Source: an uncultured delta proteobacterium (lineage in GTDB: Bacteria; Desulfobacterota; Binatia; Binatales; Binataceae). From it: a DNA stretch of 64,000 nt. The translations under genes were made by a program, and so were the position numbers. This document shows positions 30,645 to 40,704 of this stretch, piece by piece. The first letter of the stretch is position 1. Every line of letters begins with the position of its first letter. The notes beneath the pieces were generated by a model. The model was not told the origin of the DNA. It was given only the letters and a program-made list of their open reading frames with translations, and did not search any database. Location: positions 1,367,148 to 1,431,147 of the forward strand of contig CAVRVY010000001.1 in assembly GCA_963724765.1 (NCBI GenBank). Reading direction: 5' to 3'.

Positions 30645-31508
30645 TCAGCTAATCGACGGAGTCAGCAGTGGGCCGCTGAGCATATATGGGCGCGTGTCCG
30701 GCGGATGGGGCAGTAGTCCGAACAGCACGCCGAGACGCTTGCGCCCTTCGGCTGAGGGTTCGAGCGTAAGCGCGAAATCAATACGGCTTTGTCTCGCGTC
30801 GGGACCGAGACGGATCGTGCCCTGTCCCTGGATCGCGCCGTCGAGGCCCTTTCCGCTGAGCTTGCTCACCCGTAAAGCGCCGCCGCGCGCCAACTTGAGA
30901 GAGCCCTGGACGTTGCCGAGCCGGATTGGCGCGAAGCCCTGCGCCACCTGGATGGTGAGGTCGGCGGTGCGAAAATCGAGTTCGCCGCTGGTCGCGGCCG
31001 TGTCGTTGCCCGCAAGCTCCGCCCATCCGGCGCCGGAAATTCGCCCGAGCACGTTGCCGCCGAGCCCGCGTAGCGCAGCCATCCGCGCCAGTCCCATGTC
31101 GCTCAATTCGAAGCTGACGCCGATTTGCGCGCCCTTGCGATAGATGGTCGCGCGCAGCGCGCCGCCGTAAAGCTGCGCATGCACGCGCACGCCGGGTTCG
31201 CCGAGCAGCAGTGCGCCGAGCGCCGGGGCGAGCGTCACGTCGGGGCTTTCGATCTCGAATGAAGAGGCGGGCTCGAGCGAGACCACACGCACGTCGCTAA
31301 GCGCCGCGCCCAGCGGCAGGTTGAGGCCTTGGCCCGAAGAGCTAAACCCGATGCTCAGCGGCCGCAGCAGCGCCGCGAGCGTCGCCGCGTAGGGAAAAGT
31401 CGCGGCGAGCGAGGCGATAAAGACCGCAGCGCCGAAGGCGGAGTAGACGATTGCGTTGCGATGCTCGCGCGCAAAGCCGCCCAGCCATGTGCCTGGACCG
31501 TCAGCCAC
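30645..31508 (-). CDS. gspN: Type II secretion protein N
   Basis: N-terminal TM followed by TFPY, beta-rich repeats, last gene of the gsp cluster. Confidence 0.75.
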   Translation of the reverse strand: MADGPGTWLGGFAREHRNAIVYSAFGAAVFIASLAATFPYAATLAALLRPLSIGFSSSGQGLNLPLGAALSDVRVVSLEPASSFEIESPDVTLAPALGALLLGEPGVRVHAQLYGGALRATIYRKGAQIGVSFELSDMGLARMAALRGLGGNVLGRISGAGWAELAGNDTAATSGELDFRTADLTIQVAQGFAPIRLGNVQGSLKLARGGALRVSKLSGKGLDGAIQGQGTIRLGPDARQSRIDFALTLEPSAEGRKRLGVLFGLLPHPPDTRPYMLSGPLLTPSIS

Positions 31509-32163
31509 TGCGGCCCAGCGCGACGCAGGTCATCTCGACATCGAAGCTATGCTGGTCCTGCGAGCGACGGGTGATGTGCAGAGTCGACACCGTCACCGGT
31601 ACGTTGAGGGCGCTCAGCCCATAAAGCGTGTTTACGATCTGGGGGAGGCTGAGCCCGTTGAGCTTGAGGTCGACGGTGTACTGCGTCATCCCGCCCGGGA
31701 TGGTCTTTTCGGCGGGTGTGATCGAGCCAATCTTCTCCTTGCCCGGCGCACGGGTGAGAGCCTGCTCGACCACCGAGAAGAGCGAGAAGTCACCACTTGC
31801 CGCGACCGTACGGGTGCGCATCGTGGCCAGGTCGATGCGCAGGCGCTGGTACGTGCGCATCATGTGCGCGACCTCAACAGCGTCGTGCTGGCGCTCCTGG
31901 ATGCGATCGCCAAGGCCGCCGAGCGCGCCCTGGATCGGCAGGTAGATAAGATTGAAGACGATGAAGAGTGCAACCAGCGCGCCCGCGATTTGCAACAGGA
32001 CGCGCTCGCGCGATTCGAGCTTCTGATAACGTGCCCGCGCGGCCTCCGCCGTAGGAGCGGCTGCTGTGCGTACGCGCGCGGTCCCGGCGCTCCAAATTGC
32101 GGACACGCGGTTTCCGATCGCGCCGGCGCCTTCGCCGAATATTTTTCGCATCCGCTCCAGCAT
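31501..32163 (-). CDS. gspM: Type II secretion protein M
   Basis: LESRER + TM + coiled coil + ferredoxin-like C-terminus; position after gspL. Confidence 0.8.
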   Translation of the reverse strand: MLERMRKIFGEGAGAIGNRVSAIWSAGTARVRTAAAPTAEAARARYQKLESRERVLLQIAGALVALFIVFNLIYLPIQGALGGLGDRIQERQHDAVEVAHMMRTYQRLRIDLATMRTRTVAASGDFSLFSVVEQALTRAPGKEKIGSITPAEKTIPGGMTQYTVDLKLNGLSLPQIVNTLYGLSALNVPVTVSTLHITRRSQDQHSFDVEMTCVALGRSG

Positions 32164-32172
32164 CGGTGTCGC

Positions 32173-33624
32173 CTACTCGATCAACTCGCCGCGGACCGCC
32201 GCGGTGAGCCGGAACTCGACCTTGCTCGGATCGGAGCCGGCGGTGGCATGGGTTACCTGGATATCGCGGAAGTAGCCGCTTAGGTCCAGCGCCTTCTTGA
32301 CCCGGTCGACGGTCCCGAACGAGTCGGCCATGCCGTCGAGCTTGATGGTGCCTTCGTCGAGCGTGAAGTCGACGATCTCCGCGCCGAGATGCGGCGGCAG
32401 CGCGCGCGCGAGCGCGAGCAGCGTGTCGAGCGGCGAGGCCGAGGCGCCAGCGCCGCCCATCACGTGCAACTGTTTCTCCATCGCGGCCACTTGCGCGGCG
32501 AGTTCGGCCTTGGCGTCGGCGCCGGAGACGCGCGGGCCCAGCGCGGGTGCGGCGATAGCGGCGATTTCTCCGTTGACCTGGGCCAGACGGCGCAGGTTGT
32601 AGGAGACGTTGATTCCGGCGTGCAACGCGATCGCGGCCGCCGCCGCGCCGGCCAGTATGAAGCTCGTGCGCCACGGGCGGAGACTGCCCGTGCGGCCACG
32701 GAAGGCGAATTCGCCCTGGCGGAAATTGAGCAGCTCGACCGCCGCGCCCGGCGCCTCGCCAAGCAGCATCGCCAGGCATCCCGCAAACCGCGTCGAGCGC
32801 GCGGAAAGCGGTCCAAGAAGCGCCGCGCAGTCGAATTCGTCAAGCGTATGGACCGGCACGGCGAGCGCCTCGGCCATCCGGCGGCGCACGTCGGGCGTGG
32901 CCGCCATCGGTCCGGTCAGCACCAGCGCAGGCTGCTCGTGGTCGGAGCTGTGGGCGAGCAGCGTCTGGCGCACCGCACCCAGAATCGCCGAGGCGCCCTG
33001 CGCCGGCGCCCCGTTTACCGGGCCGAGTTCGGCGACGACGGTGCGGATCGCCCGTGGCATCCCGGTGTCGTCGAGCAGCACCATCGAGGTCGAGTCCTGG
33101 TCGAGGTCGACCAGCAGATGTGCGCCGCCGTCTCCGTTGCGCACGCGCGCCAGCAGGGCGGCAAGCGCGAGCGCGCTCAGAGTAACGGTCGTGGGGTTGA
33201 TTCCGGCGCGCGCGAGCAAATCGAGATGGCGGCGCAGGTCGTCCTTGCGCACCATCGCGGCCATCACCAGCGTCTTGTCGTCCTCCTGGCCCACCCGGGT
33301 GAAGGCGACCACCGATTCGTCGACGCCCACGGGCAGATGTTCTTCCAGCGCGAAGGGTACGGTCTGGGTAAGGCGGCGCTGATCCTTGAACGGCAACGTG
33401 AGCATTCGCTTGACCACCAACTCGCCGGGCAGCGCGCTCAGGATGAGGTCGGGCTTGCCGGCTTCGTCGAGCAAGCGGGCAAGCGCGGGCGCGAGATCCG
33501 CCTCGTCGGTTCCTCGGTGCTCCTCGACCACCTCGAGCATCGCGAGCGAATTCCAGTTGCGCTCGGCCAGTGCGCCGCGCACCGAGTCGCCGGCGACTTC
33601 GATGGCTAGTATTCGCTGCGCCAT
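32173..33624 (-). CDS. gspL: Type II secretion protein L (PilM/PilN-like)
   Basis: Actin-like cytoplasmic domain (LPFKD...VPFALEEHLP), LNFRQGEF, TM, PilN-like periplasmic domain. Confidence 0.85.
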   Translation of the reverse strand: MAQRILAIEVAGDSVRGALAERNWNSLAMLEVVEEHRGTDEADLAPALARLLDEAGKPDLILSALPGELVVKRMLTLPFKDQRRLTQTVPFALEEHLPVGVDESVVAFTRVGQEDDKTLVMAAMVRKDDLRRHLDLLARAGINPTTVTLSALALAALLARVRNGDGGAHLLVDLDQDSTSMVLLDDTGMPRAIRTVVAELGPVNGAPAQGASAILGAVRQTLLAHSSDHEQPALVLTGPMAATPDVRRRMAEALAVPVHTLDEFDCAALLGPLSARSTRFAGCLAMLLGEAPGAAVELLNFRQGEFAFRGRTGSLRPWRTSFILAGAAAAAIALHAGINVSYNLRRLAQVNGEIAAIAAPALGPRVSGADAKAELAAQVAAMEKQLHVMGGAGASASPLDTLLALARALPPHLGAEIVDFTLDEGTIKLDGMADSFGTVDRVKKALDLSGYFRDIQVTHATAGSDPSKVEFRLTAAVRGELIE

Positions 33625-33630
33625 CGGCCG

Positions 33631-34584
33631 TTAGCCCTCTTGCCAGCTCGCCAGCATCGAGGTGCCGTTGGCGTTGCGGCGAAAAGTGCCGGTGATGCGC
33701 CGGCGCGCACCGGCGAAGACGCCGATGCCGGTAAGCGTGAAGTAGGCGCTGCGGGTGGTGATGAGCTTCATCAGGTCGGTGGCGGCGTCGCCCAATCCGG
33801 ACAGATTGCCGACGTCGGTGACCATCAGGAACGGCTGCACCGTTCGGGCCTGGATGATTTCCTTGACCATCGAGACATCGTTGGACAACTGCGGCACCAG
33901 CGCGGCGATGACCTCGGGCGACGCGGTATTTATGTTCACGCGCGGCTCGGGCGAAGCGGTCAGAAACTGTTGCAGCCGGAAAAAGGTTTCGTCGTCCACC
34001 CCCCGAATCATTCTCAGATCGCCAATGGTCGGCATCGGGCCGTTGCGCGGCTCGTACGGCGGTATGAGCTGCAGGTAATAGTCGGCCTCGGCTCCCCCAG
34101 GTGATTCGACACTATCGGGGTCGAGCCAGTCAACTATGGCCGGGACGAGGGCGGGGTTGACTCCGATGTTTGTGAACAGTCGCTCGGTGATCGCGACGTA
34201 CACGGGATTAGGCTGTCCGGTGCGCGGATTGATGAGCAGATTGATGTCGAGTTTGCGCGCCTCGTCGACGATCGAGATCTGGGCGAATCCGCCGCCCAGC
34301 GGCACCGGCGGAAAGGGTTGGGCCCACGGCTCGTCCAGCCCGTCGTGCGGAGTTTTGGCGAGCGCGTCCTGCTGCGCGTCGGTCGAGAGCAGCGAGAGGC
34401 CGACGCTTATCGCCGAGCGGGCGAGGTACTCGGACCGCACCTGGTTGGCCTGGCCGGCCGCCGAGCGGTAGCCCAGCGACGCCGTGGTGGTGAAGTCCAT
34501 CACCAACAACGTCATCAGCGCGAGCGCCATCATCGTGACCAGCAGCGCGACGCCGCGCTCGCTCGTTTTCGCCGCGCCTACCAT
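33631..34584 (-). CDS. gspK: Type II secretion minor pseudopilin K
   Basis: ERG|VALL, DEARKLDIN, AIVDWLDPD, GAEADYY, VNINTASPEV; real start at 34584. Confidence 0.9.
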   Translation of the reverse strand: MVGAAKTSERGVALLVTMMALALMTLLVMDFTTTASLGYRSAAGQANQVRSEYLARSAISVGLSLLSTDAQQDALAKTPHDGLDEPWAQPFPPVPLGGGFAQISIVDEARKLDINLLINPRTGQPNPVYVAITERLFTNIGVNPALVPAIVDWLDPDSVESPGGAEADYYLQLIPPYEPRNGPMPTIGDLRMIRGVDDETFFRLQQFLTASPEPRVNINTASPEVIAALVPQLSNDVSMVKEIIQARTVQPFLMVTDVGNLSGLGDAATDLMKLITTRSAYFTLTGIGVFAGARRRITGTFRRNANGTSMLASWQEG

Positions 34585-35339
34585 TGCGTGAACGCCATCG
34601 GCAGCGTGATCTGGGTCGAGAGCGCGACCGGCGCGCCGCCGGGGCCCGCTATCAGGATGTCGATCGCGACCGCCTGCGGAAGCTGCAGGCCCGGCGGCAG
34701 GCTGGCCGAGTTCCAGCTCTCCTGCCAGATGTTGCCGTTGAAGTAGCGCACGTGAAAGGCCAGCACATTGGCGGCCAGCACCACCGGCGGCGCGATTTTG
34801 ATGCCGGCGGTGGCGCTCAGCAGGGCGCTCTGCTGCTGGCGCATCAGCATGCACCATCCCTGGTGCTGCGGATTGGCCTGGCCGCTGTAAGAGATTAGCT
34901 CTTCGGCGCCGAAGGAGCTGATGCTGCGGCGATGGCCGGAGTCGAGCGTCGAGATGATCAGGCTGTCCAGCGGCGCGCCATTTTGCATCCGGCCCTGGCC
35001 GACCAGCATCACGTTACTCGCGACGAGCGGGGTCTGGACCGCACCGCGCAGCTCGTTGGCCAACTCGGCCAGGATCGCGCGTGCCTGACGGTTGCTCAGC
35101 AGGCGGCCCTCGGCGTGGATCTTGCCCCCAGCCACCGCGTGGAACGAACTCGCGAGCATCACCATGATGACCCCGAGGATCGCCACCGCGAGGATTATCT
35201 CGATCAGCGTAAAGCCGCGGCTGAAGCCGCGGCGCGGCAGTGCGAGGCCGCGATCCGTGCGGCGTGCGGACCGTGATTCACTGGCAGCAGTCATAAATTC
35301 ACTGGCGCTGGACAATTGATTCACCGACACGGAGATCAA
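34578..35339 (-). CDS. gspJ: Type II secretion pseudopilin J
   Basis: RG|FTLIEIILA, WQESWNS, LPQAVAI; start may be 35294. Confidence 0.85.
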   Translation of the reverse strand: MISVSVNQLSSASEFMTAASESRSARRTDRGLALPRRGFSRGFTLIEIILAVAILGVIMVMLASSFHAVAGGKIHAEGRLLSNRQARAILAELANELRGAVQTPLVASNVMLVGQGRMQNGAPLDSLIISTLDSGHRRSISSFGAEELISYSGQANPQHQGWCMLMRQQQSALLSATAGIKIAPPVVLAANVLAFHVRYFNGNIWQESWNSASLPPGLQLPQAVAIDILIAGPGGAPVALSTQITLPMAFTQW

Positions 35340-35890
35340 TCCACCGGCGCGGCGCCAGGCGCTTGGGCGCCCGGTTGCGAGCCTTGCAGCGCAGGGTTCT
35401 GCGGCGCCTGGCCTTGAGGCGTGACCACCGTCGGCGTCGGATTGTGCATGAACTCGACCAGCGCGAAGTCACGCCCTAAGCGGGGGCCGTAAAGCACGTG
35501 AATTTCGACCTCGCGCAGGTCGGGAAAGACCGACGACGGCTCGACCATGCGGGTCCAGCGGAAGTTGGGATACTGGCCGGAGTATAGCTGGTCGAAGTTG
35601 CCGCTGGTGGTGCCGAGCGGCGGGAAACGCTCGAGCTCGGCCTGCGTCATCATGGCCTGCGCGAGCATCGCGGCGCGCGAGATCTCCTGTCCGCGGATAA
35701 CGCTTTGCAGGTCCTGATGTTCGAGCGAAAGCAACGCAAGCAGTGAGATGCCGAGCACGGCGATCGCGATCAGCACTTCGAGCAGAGTGAAGCCGGCCCG
35801 GCTGGCGGGCGCGACTTTTCCCATCGGCGCGCAGATATCGGCGAAGTTCATTGCGAAAGTCTTAGCCAAAGTTTTGGGCCCGCGACTCAT
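35336..35890 (-). CDS. gspI: Type II secretion pseudopilin I
   Basis: AG|FTLLEVLIAIAVL; position between H and J. Confidence 0.85.
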   Translation of the reverse strand: MSRGPKTLAKTFAMNFADICAPMGKVAPASRAGFTLLEVLIAIAVLGISLLALLSLEHQDLQSVIRGQEISRAAMLAQAMMTQAELERFPPLGTTSGNFDQLYSGQYPNFRWTRMVEPSSVFPDLREVEIHVLYGPRLGRDFALVEFMHNPTPTVVTPQGQAPQNPALQGSQPGAQAPGAAPVD

Positions 35891-36519
35891 TGCGACATCG
35901 CGAGCGCCGTAACCGGCGGCACGTCGCCGCTCACGATTCCGACGTTGCCGGTCAGCGGATTGAAACTCAACGTCAGGACGCTGCCCGAGACGGTGTCGAG
36001 GTGGATGACCGTCGCGTCGACATAGCCCTCGGGATAGAACTGGCAGCTTATCGAACCAGCCTTGGCCCCGCCGATTCCTTCGACCGAGACGTCGCGCAGC
36101 CTGAGCCCCGGCGGCATCGCGACCGCGTAGCCCCAGGGGCCGCTAAAGGGCAGGAACTTGGAATCTGGCCCGTACGGGTCCAGGCGCGTGACGTAGTAGA
36201 GGTTGTGATCGAGGTCGAAGGTCATCCGGTAGATGACTTGCTGGGTTGCGGCTTCATCGTAGAGATAGTTGGCGCGGCCGGCGAGGCGGCGCGCCTCGCT
36301 TTTGAGTTGAGCGCCATGGAAGCCGCCCAGGTAAGGAATTGCGAGTGTCGTCACCAGTCCCATGATGAAAATTACGACAGCGATTTCGAGCAGCGTGAAG
36401 CCGGGCGCACCGCTGGCGGAAGTCCGCCGCTTAAGGCCCGCACGCGCCGCGCCTGGGCGCGCACGAAACGACAGCGGGCCGCGCCGCCATCGCGCGAGCT
36501 TGAGGCGAGAGCGGGTCAC
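35887..36519 (-). CDS. gspH: Type II secretion pseudopilin H
   Basis: PG|FTLLEIAVV, FYPEG, FNPLTG; probable GTG start overlapping the gspG stop. Confidence 0.82.
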   Translation of the reverse strand: MTRSRLKLARWRRGPLSFRARPGAARAGLKRRTSASGAPGFTLLEIAVVIFIMGLVTTLAIPYLGGFHGAQLKSEARRLAGRANYLYDEAATQQVIYRMTFDLDHNLYYVTRLDPYGPDSKFLPFSGPWGYAVAMPPGLRLRDVSVEGIGGAKAGSISCQFYPEGYVDATVIHLDTVSGSVLTLSFNPLTGNVGIVSGDVPPVTALAMSQ

Positions 36520-36977
36520 GACGAACTGCCGTCGATATCCTCGTCCTTGCCGGTGCCGCCGGGCTTGCCGTCGGCGCCGAACGATTTCAGCACGTAGGCG
36601 TTGCCATCGCTCTGGTAGAAGTATGGGGTACCCCACGGATCGAGCGGCACCTTCTCGATATAGCCGCCTTCCTCGTAGTTGGCGGGCTGCCGGCCGCCAG
36701 TCGGCGCGCTGACCAGCGCGGTCAGGCCCTGGTCACTGGTCGGATAGTAGCCGTTATCGAGATAGTAGCGGTCGAGCGCGGTCTTGATTTCGGAGATGTC
36801 GGCCTCGGCCTTGGTGCGCTTGGCCTTGTCGGTCGCGCCTTTGAGGCTTTGCACCACGATAGTGGCGAGCAGCCCGAGGATCAGGATGACTACCATGATC
36901 TCGATCAGCGTGAAGCCTTCTTCGAGCCTGCGCCGCCGCGTCATTCGCTCCATTGTCATGCGCCCCCATATCGTCAT
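36516..36977 (-). CDS. gspG: Type II secretion major pseudopilin G
   Basis: EG|FTLIEIMVV, LDNGYYPTSDQGL, DPWGTPY, SFGADGKPGG. Confidence 0.95.
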   Translation of the reverse strand: MTIWGRMTMERMTRRRRLEEGFTLIEIMVVILILGLLATIVVQSLKGATDKAKRTKAEADISEIKTALDRYYLDNGYYPTSDQGLTALVSAPTGGRQPANYEEGGYIEKVPLDPWGTPYFYQSDGNAYVLKSFGADGKPGGTGKDEDIDGSSS

Positions 36978-38194
36978 TTCATCAACTGGTTCAATTGGAA
37001 TATCGGCAGCAGGATCGCCAGCATCATAAACAGGATAATCCCCGCCATCGCCAAGGTCATCAGCGGCTCCAGCAGCGTCGTGAGCTGGTTGAGCGAGCGC
37101 TCGACCTCGCGTTCGTACGTGTCGGCCACCCGCTCGAGCATCGATTCGACCTCGCCCGTACGTTCGCCCACGCGGATCATCTCGATCAGTAGCGGCGGGA
37201 ACAGTCCGCTTTGCGCGAGCGGATGGGTCATCCCGTGACCCTCGCGGATCGAGGTGCGGCTCTCCTCAACTGCGTCGGCGAGCAGCGCGTTGGTGATCAC
37301 GTGTTTGACCGAGGCGAGCGCGGGCAGCAACTGCACGCCGCTTTGCAGCATCGTGGCCAGCGTGCGCGAAAAGCGCGCGCAGATCACACGCGTGACCGTG
37401 GCGCCGATGTAGGGCATGCGCAAGAGCCAGGTGTCGTAAAAGCGCCGCCCGCGCCTGGTGGAGAGCCCGTACATGATTGCGGCAATCGTTCCAACGATCA
37501 GTAGCAGCAGGAGCATCCAGTAGCCCGAGAGGAAATTCGAAATCGCGATCAGGATGACCGTGGGCAGCGGTAGGGCGGCGTTGCTCTGCTGGAAGATGGT
37601 CGCAATCTGCGGCACCACGTAGCTCATCAGGAAAAACATGATCGCGCTGCCCACGCAGACCATGATGATCGGGTAGGTCAGCGCGTGAGTCACCTTGGCT
37701 TTGAACTCGGCCTGATTTTCGCTGAAATCGGCGATGCGGTTGAGCACGGTCTCGAGCGCGCCGGCCGCCTCGCCCGCCCGCACCATCCCGACATACAAGT
37801 CGGAGAAGGTCTCGGGATGGCCGGCGAGCGCGTCGCCCAGCGAAGTGCCCTCACGCACGCGCTCGCGAACTTGCGACAGCAGGCGCTTGGTCACCGGGCG
37901 GGTCGATTGGTCGGCGAGCGCGGCGAGCGCGTCGACCAATTGCACGCCGGCGCCCAGCAACGAACTTAGCTGGCGCGTGAGCAGTGAAAGCTCGGAGGGT
38001 GGGATGCGCCGCCCGAAGGAGGGCAGGTAATCGCTCAGGCTGCGCTTGACCGCGAGCTCTTCCTCCGCCAGGTCGGTGGGAAAGATGCCGCGCTCGCGCA
38101 GCTTGCCGCGCGCGGTGCGTACGCTGTCCGCGTCGACGACGCCGGCTACCGAGCGGCCATTGGCGGCCAATCCGCGATAGGCGAAAACAGGCAT
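36974..38194 (-). CDS. gspF: Type II secretion inner-membrane platform protein F
   Basis: MPVFAY, TRQLSSLL, MVRAGEAAG, ALTYP, GERTGE, LLEP. Confidence 0.95.
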   Translation of the reverse strand: MPVFAYRGLAANGRSVAGVVDADSVRTARGKLRERGIFPTDLAEEELAVKRSLSDYLPSFGRRIPPSELSLLTRQLSSLLGAGVQLVDALAALADQSTRPVTKRLLSQVRERVREGTSLGDALAGHPETFSDLYVGMVRAGEAAGALETVLNRIADFSENQAEFKAKVTHALTYPIIMVCVGSAIMFFLMSYVVPQIATIFQQSNAALPLPTVILIAISNFLSGYWMLLLLLIVGTIAAIMYGLSTRRGRRFYDTWLLRMPYIGATVTRVICARFSRTLATMLQSGVQLLPALASVKHVITNALLADAVEESRTSIREGHGMTHPLAQSGLFPPLLIEMIRVGERTGEVESMLERVADTYEREVERSLNQLTTLLEPLMTLAMAGIILFMMLAILLPIFQLNQLMK

Positions 38195-38224
38195 CGGTGG
38201 TGAACTTGGAGCGTGGTCCGCGGC

Positions 38225-39946
38225 TTACAGAATATCTTCCTGAGTGACGCGCAACAGTTCTTCGACGGTGGTCTCGCCCAGGAGAATCCGTTGCGCGCCG
38301 TTTTGGCGCAAAAGCGTCATCCCGTGCGCGGTGCAGGCGCGTCGGATGGTCGCCGCGTCCGCCTTCTGCATCACCAACGATCGCACCTCATCGTCCATCA
38401 GCATCAACTCCTGGATCGCCATGCGCCCGCGGTACCCAGTGTTGCGGCAAGCCCGACATCCGTTAGCCGCCGGCCGATAGATTGGCCCCTGCAAAGTTTC
38501 GGGGCGCACGCCGATCCGCGCGAGTTCGGTGGCGCTCGGCGTGTAAGGCTCGCGGCAGGTCGGGCAGACAATGCGCACCAGACGCTGCGCCAGCACGGCC
38601 AGGATCGACGAGGAGACCAGGAAGGGCTCGATTCCCATATCGACCAGCCGGGTCAGCGCGCCGAAAGAGTCGTTGGTGTGCAGCGTCGAGAACACCAGAT
38701 GGCCGGTCAGTGCGGCGTGGATCGCAATTTCGGCAGTCTCGCTGTCGCGGATTTCGCCGACCATGATCACGTCGGGGTCCTGGCGCAGGATCGAGCGCAG
38801 GCCGCTCGCGAAGGTGAGCTCGATCTTGGGATTGACCTGCATCTGGCCGATACCGCGCAACTGGTACTCGATCGGGTCTTCGATCGTGATGATATTTTTC
38901 TCGGGCGAATTGATCCGCGCGAGACAAGCGTAGAGCGAAGTAGTCTTGCCCGATCCGGTCGGCCCGGTGGCCAAAATGATGCCGTGACTCTGGCGAATCA
39001 GCCGGTCGATGCGGGTCAGGTTGTCGCCCGAGAAACCCAGGCGGTCCAGGTTGAGATCGACCAGCGCCTGCGCGCGATCGAGCAGGCGCAGCACGATCCG
39101 CTCGCCGAAGGCGGTCGGGATGGTGGAGACGCGGATGTCGATATCGCGGCCGGCCACGCGCAGCCGAATACGCCCGTCCTGCGGCAGGCGCTTCTCGGCG
39201 ATGTTGAGGCCCGCCATGACCTTGACGCGCGAGGTGATCGCCGGCTGGAAACGCTTGGGCGGCGAGATCACGTCGTAGAGCATGCCGTCGACCCGAAACC
39301 GCACCAGCAGGTCGCGCTCGAACGGCTCGACGTGAATATCGCTCGCGCGGTCCTTGACCGCCTGCGAGAGCAATCCATTGACGAGCTTTATGATCGGCGC
39401 GGCGTCGTCGGAATCGAGCAGGTCGAGCGGCTCCTGGGCCAGCTCGTTGGCGACCACGTCGAGGCGGTCCTCTTCGAGGTCGATCATCAGGTCCTGCGCG
39501 GTGGTGGTGGTGGCTTGGTCGTAGGAGCGATTGATCGCGTCGTTGAGGATCTCGAGCGGCACGACGACCGGATGCACTGGCATCCCGAACAGCATCCGCA
39601 GGTCGTCGAGCGGCTCGTAGTTGGAGGGGTCGGCGATCGCTACGGTCACGCTATGGCCATCGCCGTTGAGTGGCAGCACGCCATTCTTCTTGGCGTAATT
39701 GATCGGCACCTTGCCGAGCAGCGCCGAATCGATCGCGTGCTCGTCGACGTGGGCCTGAAAAGGAAGCCAGTATTCCTGGGCGATCGCGCGCGCCAGGCGC
39801 TGCGGCTCCAGCGCGCCCATGTCGACCAGCACGTCGGCCAAATCCTGGCCGGGCTTCTTGCGCTGGCGGGCACGCTCGAGGTCCTGCTCGGATACCCACG
39901 AGCGATCCAGCAGGATTGACTCGAAACTTTTTTTCGCAGTCGCCAT
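38225..39946 (-). CDS. gspE: Type II secretion ATPase E
   Basis: ASDIHVEP, EKRLPQDGR, GPTGSGKTT, LRQDPDVIMVGEIRD, TGHLVFSTLHTN, CxxC...CxxC. Confidence 0.96.
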   Translation of the reverse strand: MATAKKSFESILLDRSWVSEQDLERARQRKKPGQDLADVLVDMGALEPQRLARAIAQEYWLPFQAHVDEHAIDSALLGKVPINYAKKNGVLPLNGDGHSVTVAIADPSNYEPLDDLRMLFGMPVHPVVVPLEILNDAINRSYDQATTTTAQDLMIDLEEDRLDVVANELAQEPLDLLDSDDAAPIIKLVNGLLSQAVKDRASDIHVEPFERDLLVRFRVDGMLYDVISPPKRFQPAITSRVKVMAGLNIAEKRLPQDGRIRLRVAGRDIDIRVSTIPTAFGERIVLRLLDRAQALVDLNLDRLGFSGDNLTRIDRLIRQSHGIILATGPTGSGKTTSLYACLARINSPEKNIITIEDPIEYQLRGIGQMQVNPKIELTFASGLRSILRQDPDVIMVGEIRDSETAEIAIHAALTGHLVFSTLHTNDSFGALTRLVDMGIEPFLVSSSILAVLAQRLVRIVCPTCREPYTPSATELARIGVRPETLQGPIYRPAANGCRACRNTGYRGRMAIQELMLMDDEVRSLVMQKADAATIRRACTAHGMTLLRQNGAQRILLGETTVEELLRVTQEDIL

Positions 39947-40178
39947 CAGACTAAACTCATCGCCAGCTTCCCGCCGCCCCTTGCTGTTATCGCGGGGCGT
40001 TTATAGCCCTGCCAGACTTACCCATCCCGGGGCGCCGGTTACACGTCCGCCATCTTCAATTAGACATGATGGCTCGGTCGGGTTGCAACATGCCCGCTTG
40101 GATCGGCGCGTTGCGGTCCTTCGGGCCGGCTTTGCGAAGCTGCGAGCGGGTTCCCAAGCCTTCTCGGCGGCGCATAGT

Positions 40179-40601
40179 CTAGTAATGACGCTGGTTGCCG
40201 GTGGTCGAGCCTGGGCCTGCGACGCCAAAACTGAGCCCCGGGCCACCCTTCTTGGAGGGCATCGTGTGGGTCGCCTCCTTCCACGAGGTCAACTTGCCAT
40301 CGACGAAAGTCAGATCGACGAACTCACCCTGGTCGCCCTCCTTGGTGTTGGTGTAGAGGATGGTTGCGGCGACGTCATTGGTGTTGGAGCGCTTGGCGTA
40401 GCTCCAGATCTCGGTGCTCTGGTCGGCGTCCTTGCGCAAATCGGGCTCGCCCCATTGCTGATGCACGGCGACGGCGCTTTCGCCGACCTTGAGGTCGCGC
40501 TGCATGCGCGCGGCGCGCACCTCGGTCGAGGCCTGGTAGGCGACGCCGCATCCGCTCACCACCAGCGCGAGAGCGGCGACGAAATACAATCGGAGTTCCA
40601 T
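40179..40601 (-). CDS. Lipoprotein, SmpA/BamE-like
   Basis: Lipobox VSGC; LKVGES...WGEPD...WSY...LTFVDGKL. Confidence 0.65.
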   Translation of the reverse strand: MELRLYFVAALALVVSGCGVAYQASTEVRAARMQRDLKVGESAVAVHQQWGEPDLRKDADQSTEIWSYAKRSNTNDVAATILYTNTKEGDQGEFVDLTFVDGKLTSWKEATHTMPSKKGGPGLSFGVAGPGSTTGNQRHY

Positions 40602-40704
40602 GACGCAAAATTTCGTCATCATCCGAGCCCGAAGTCAACTTGCGGACCCGAACTTAACTTGAGGTCCGAAGAGAACTCGCTTCGCTCAAAAAATTCACAA
40701 ACTC

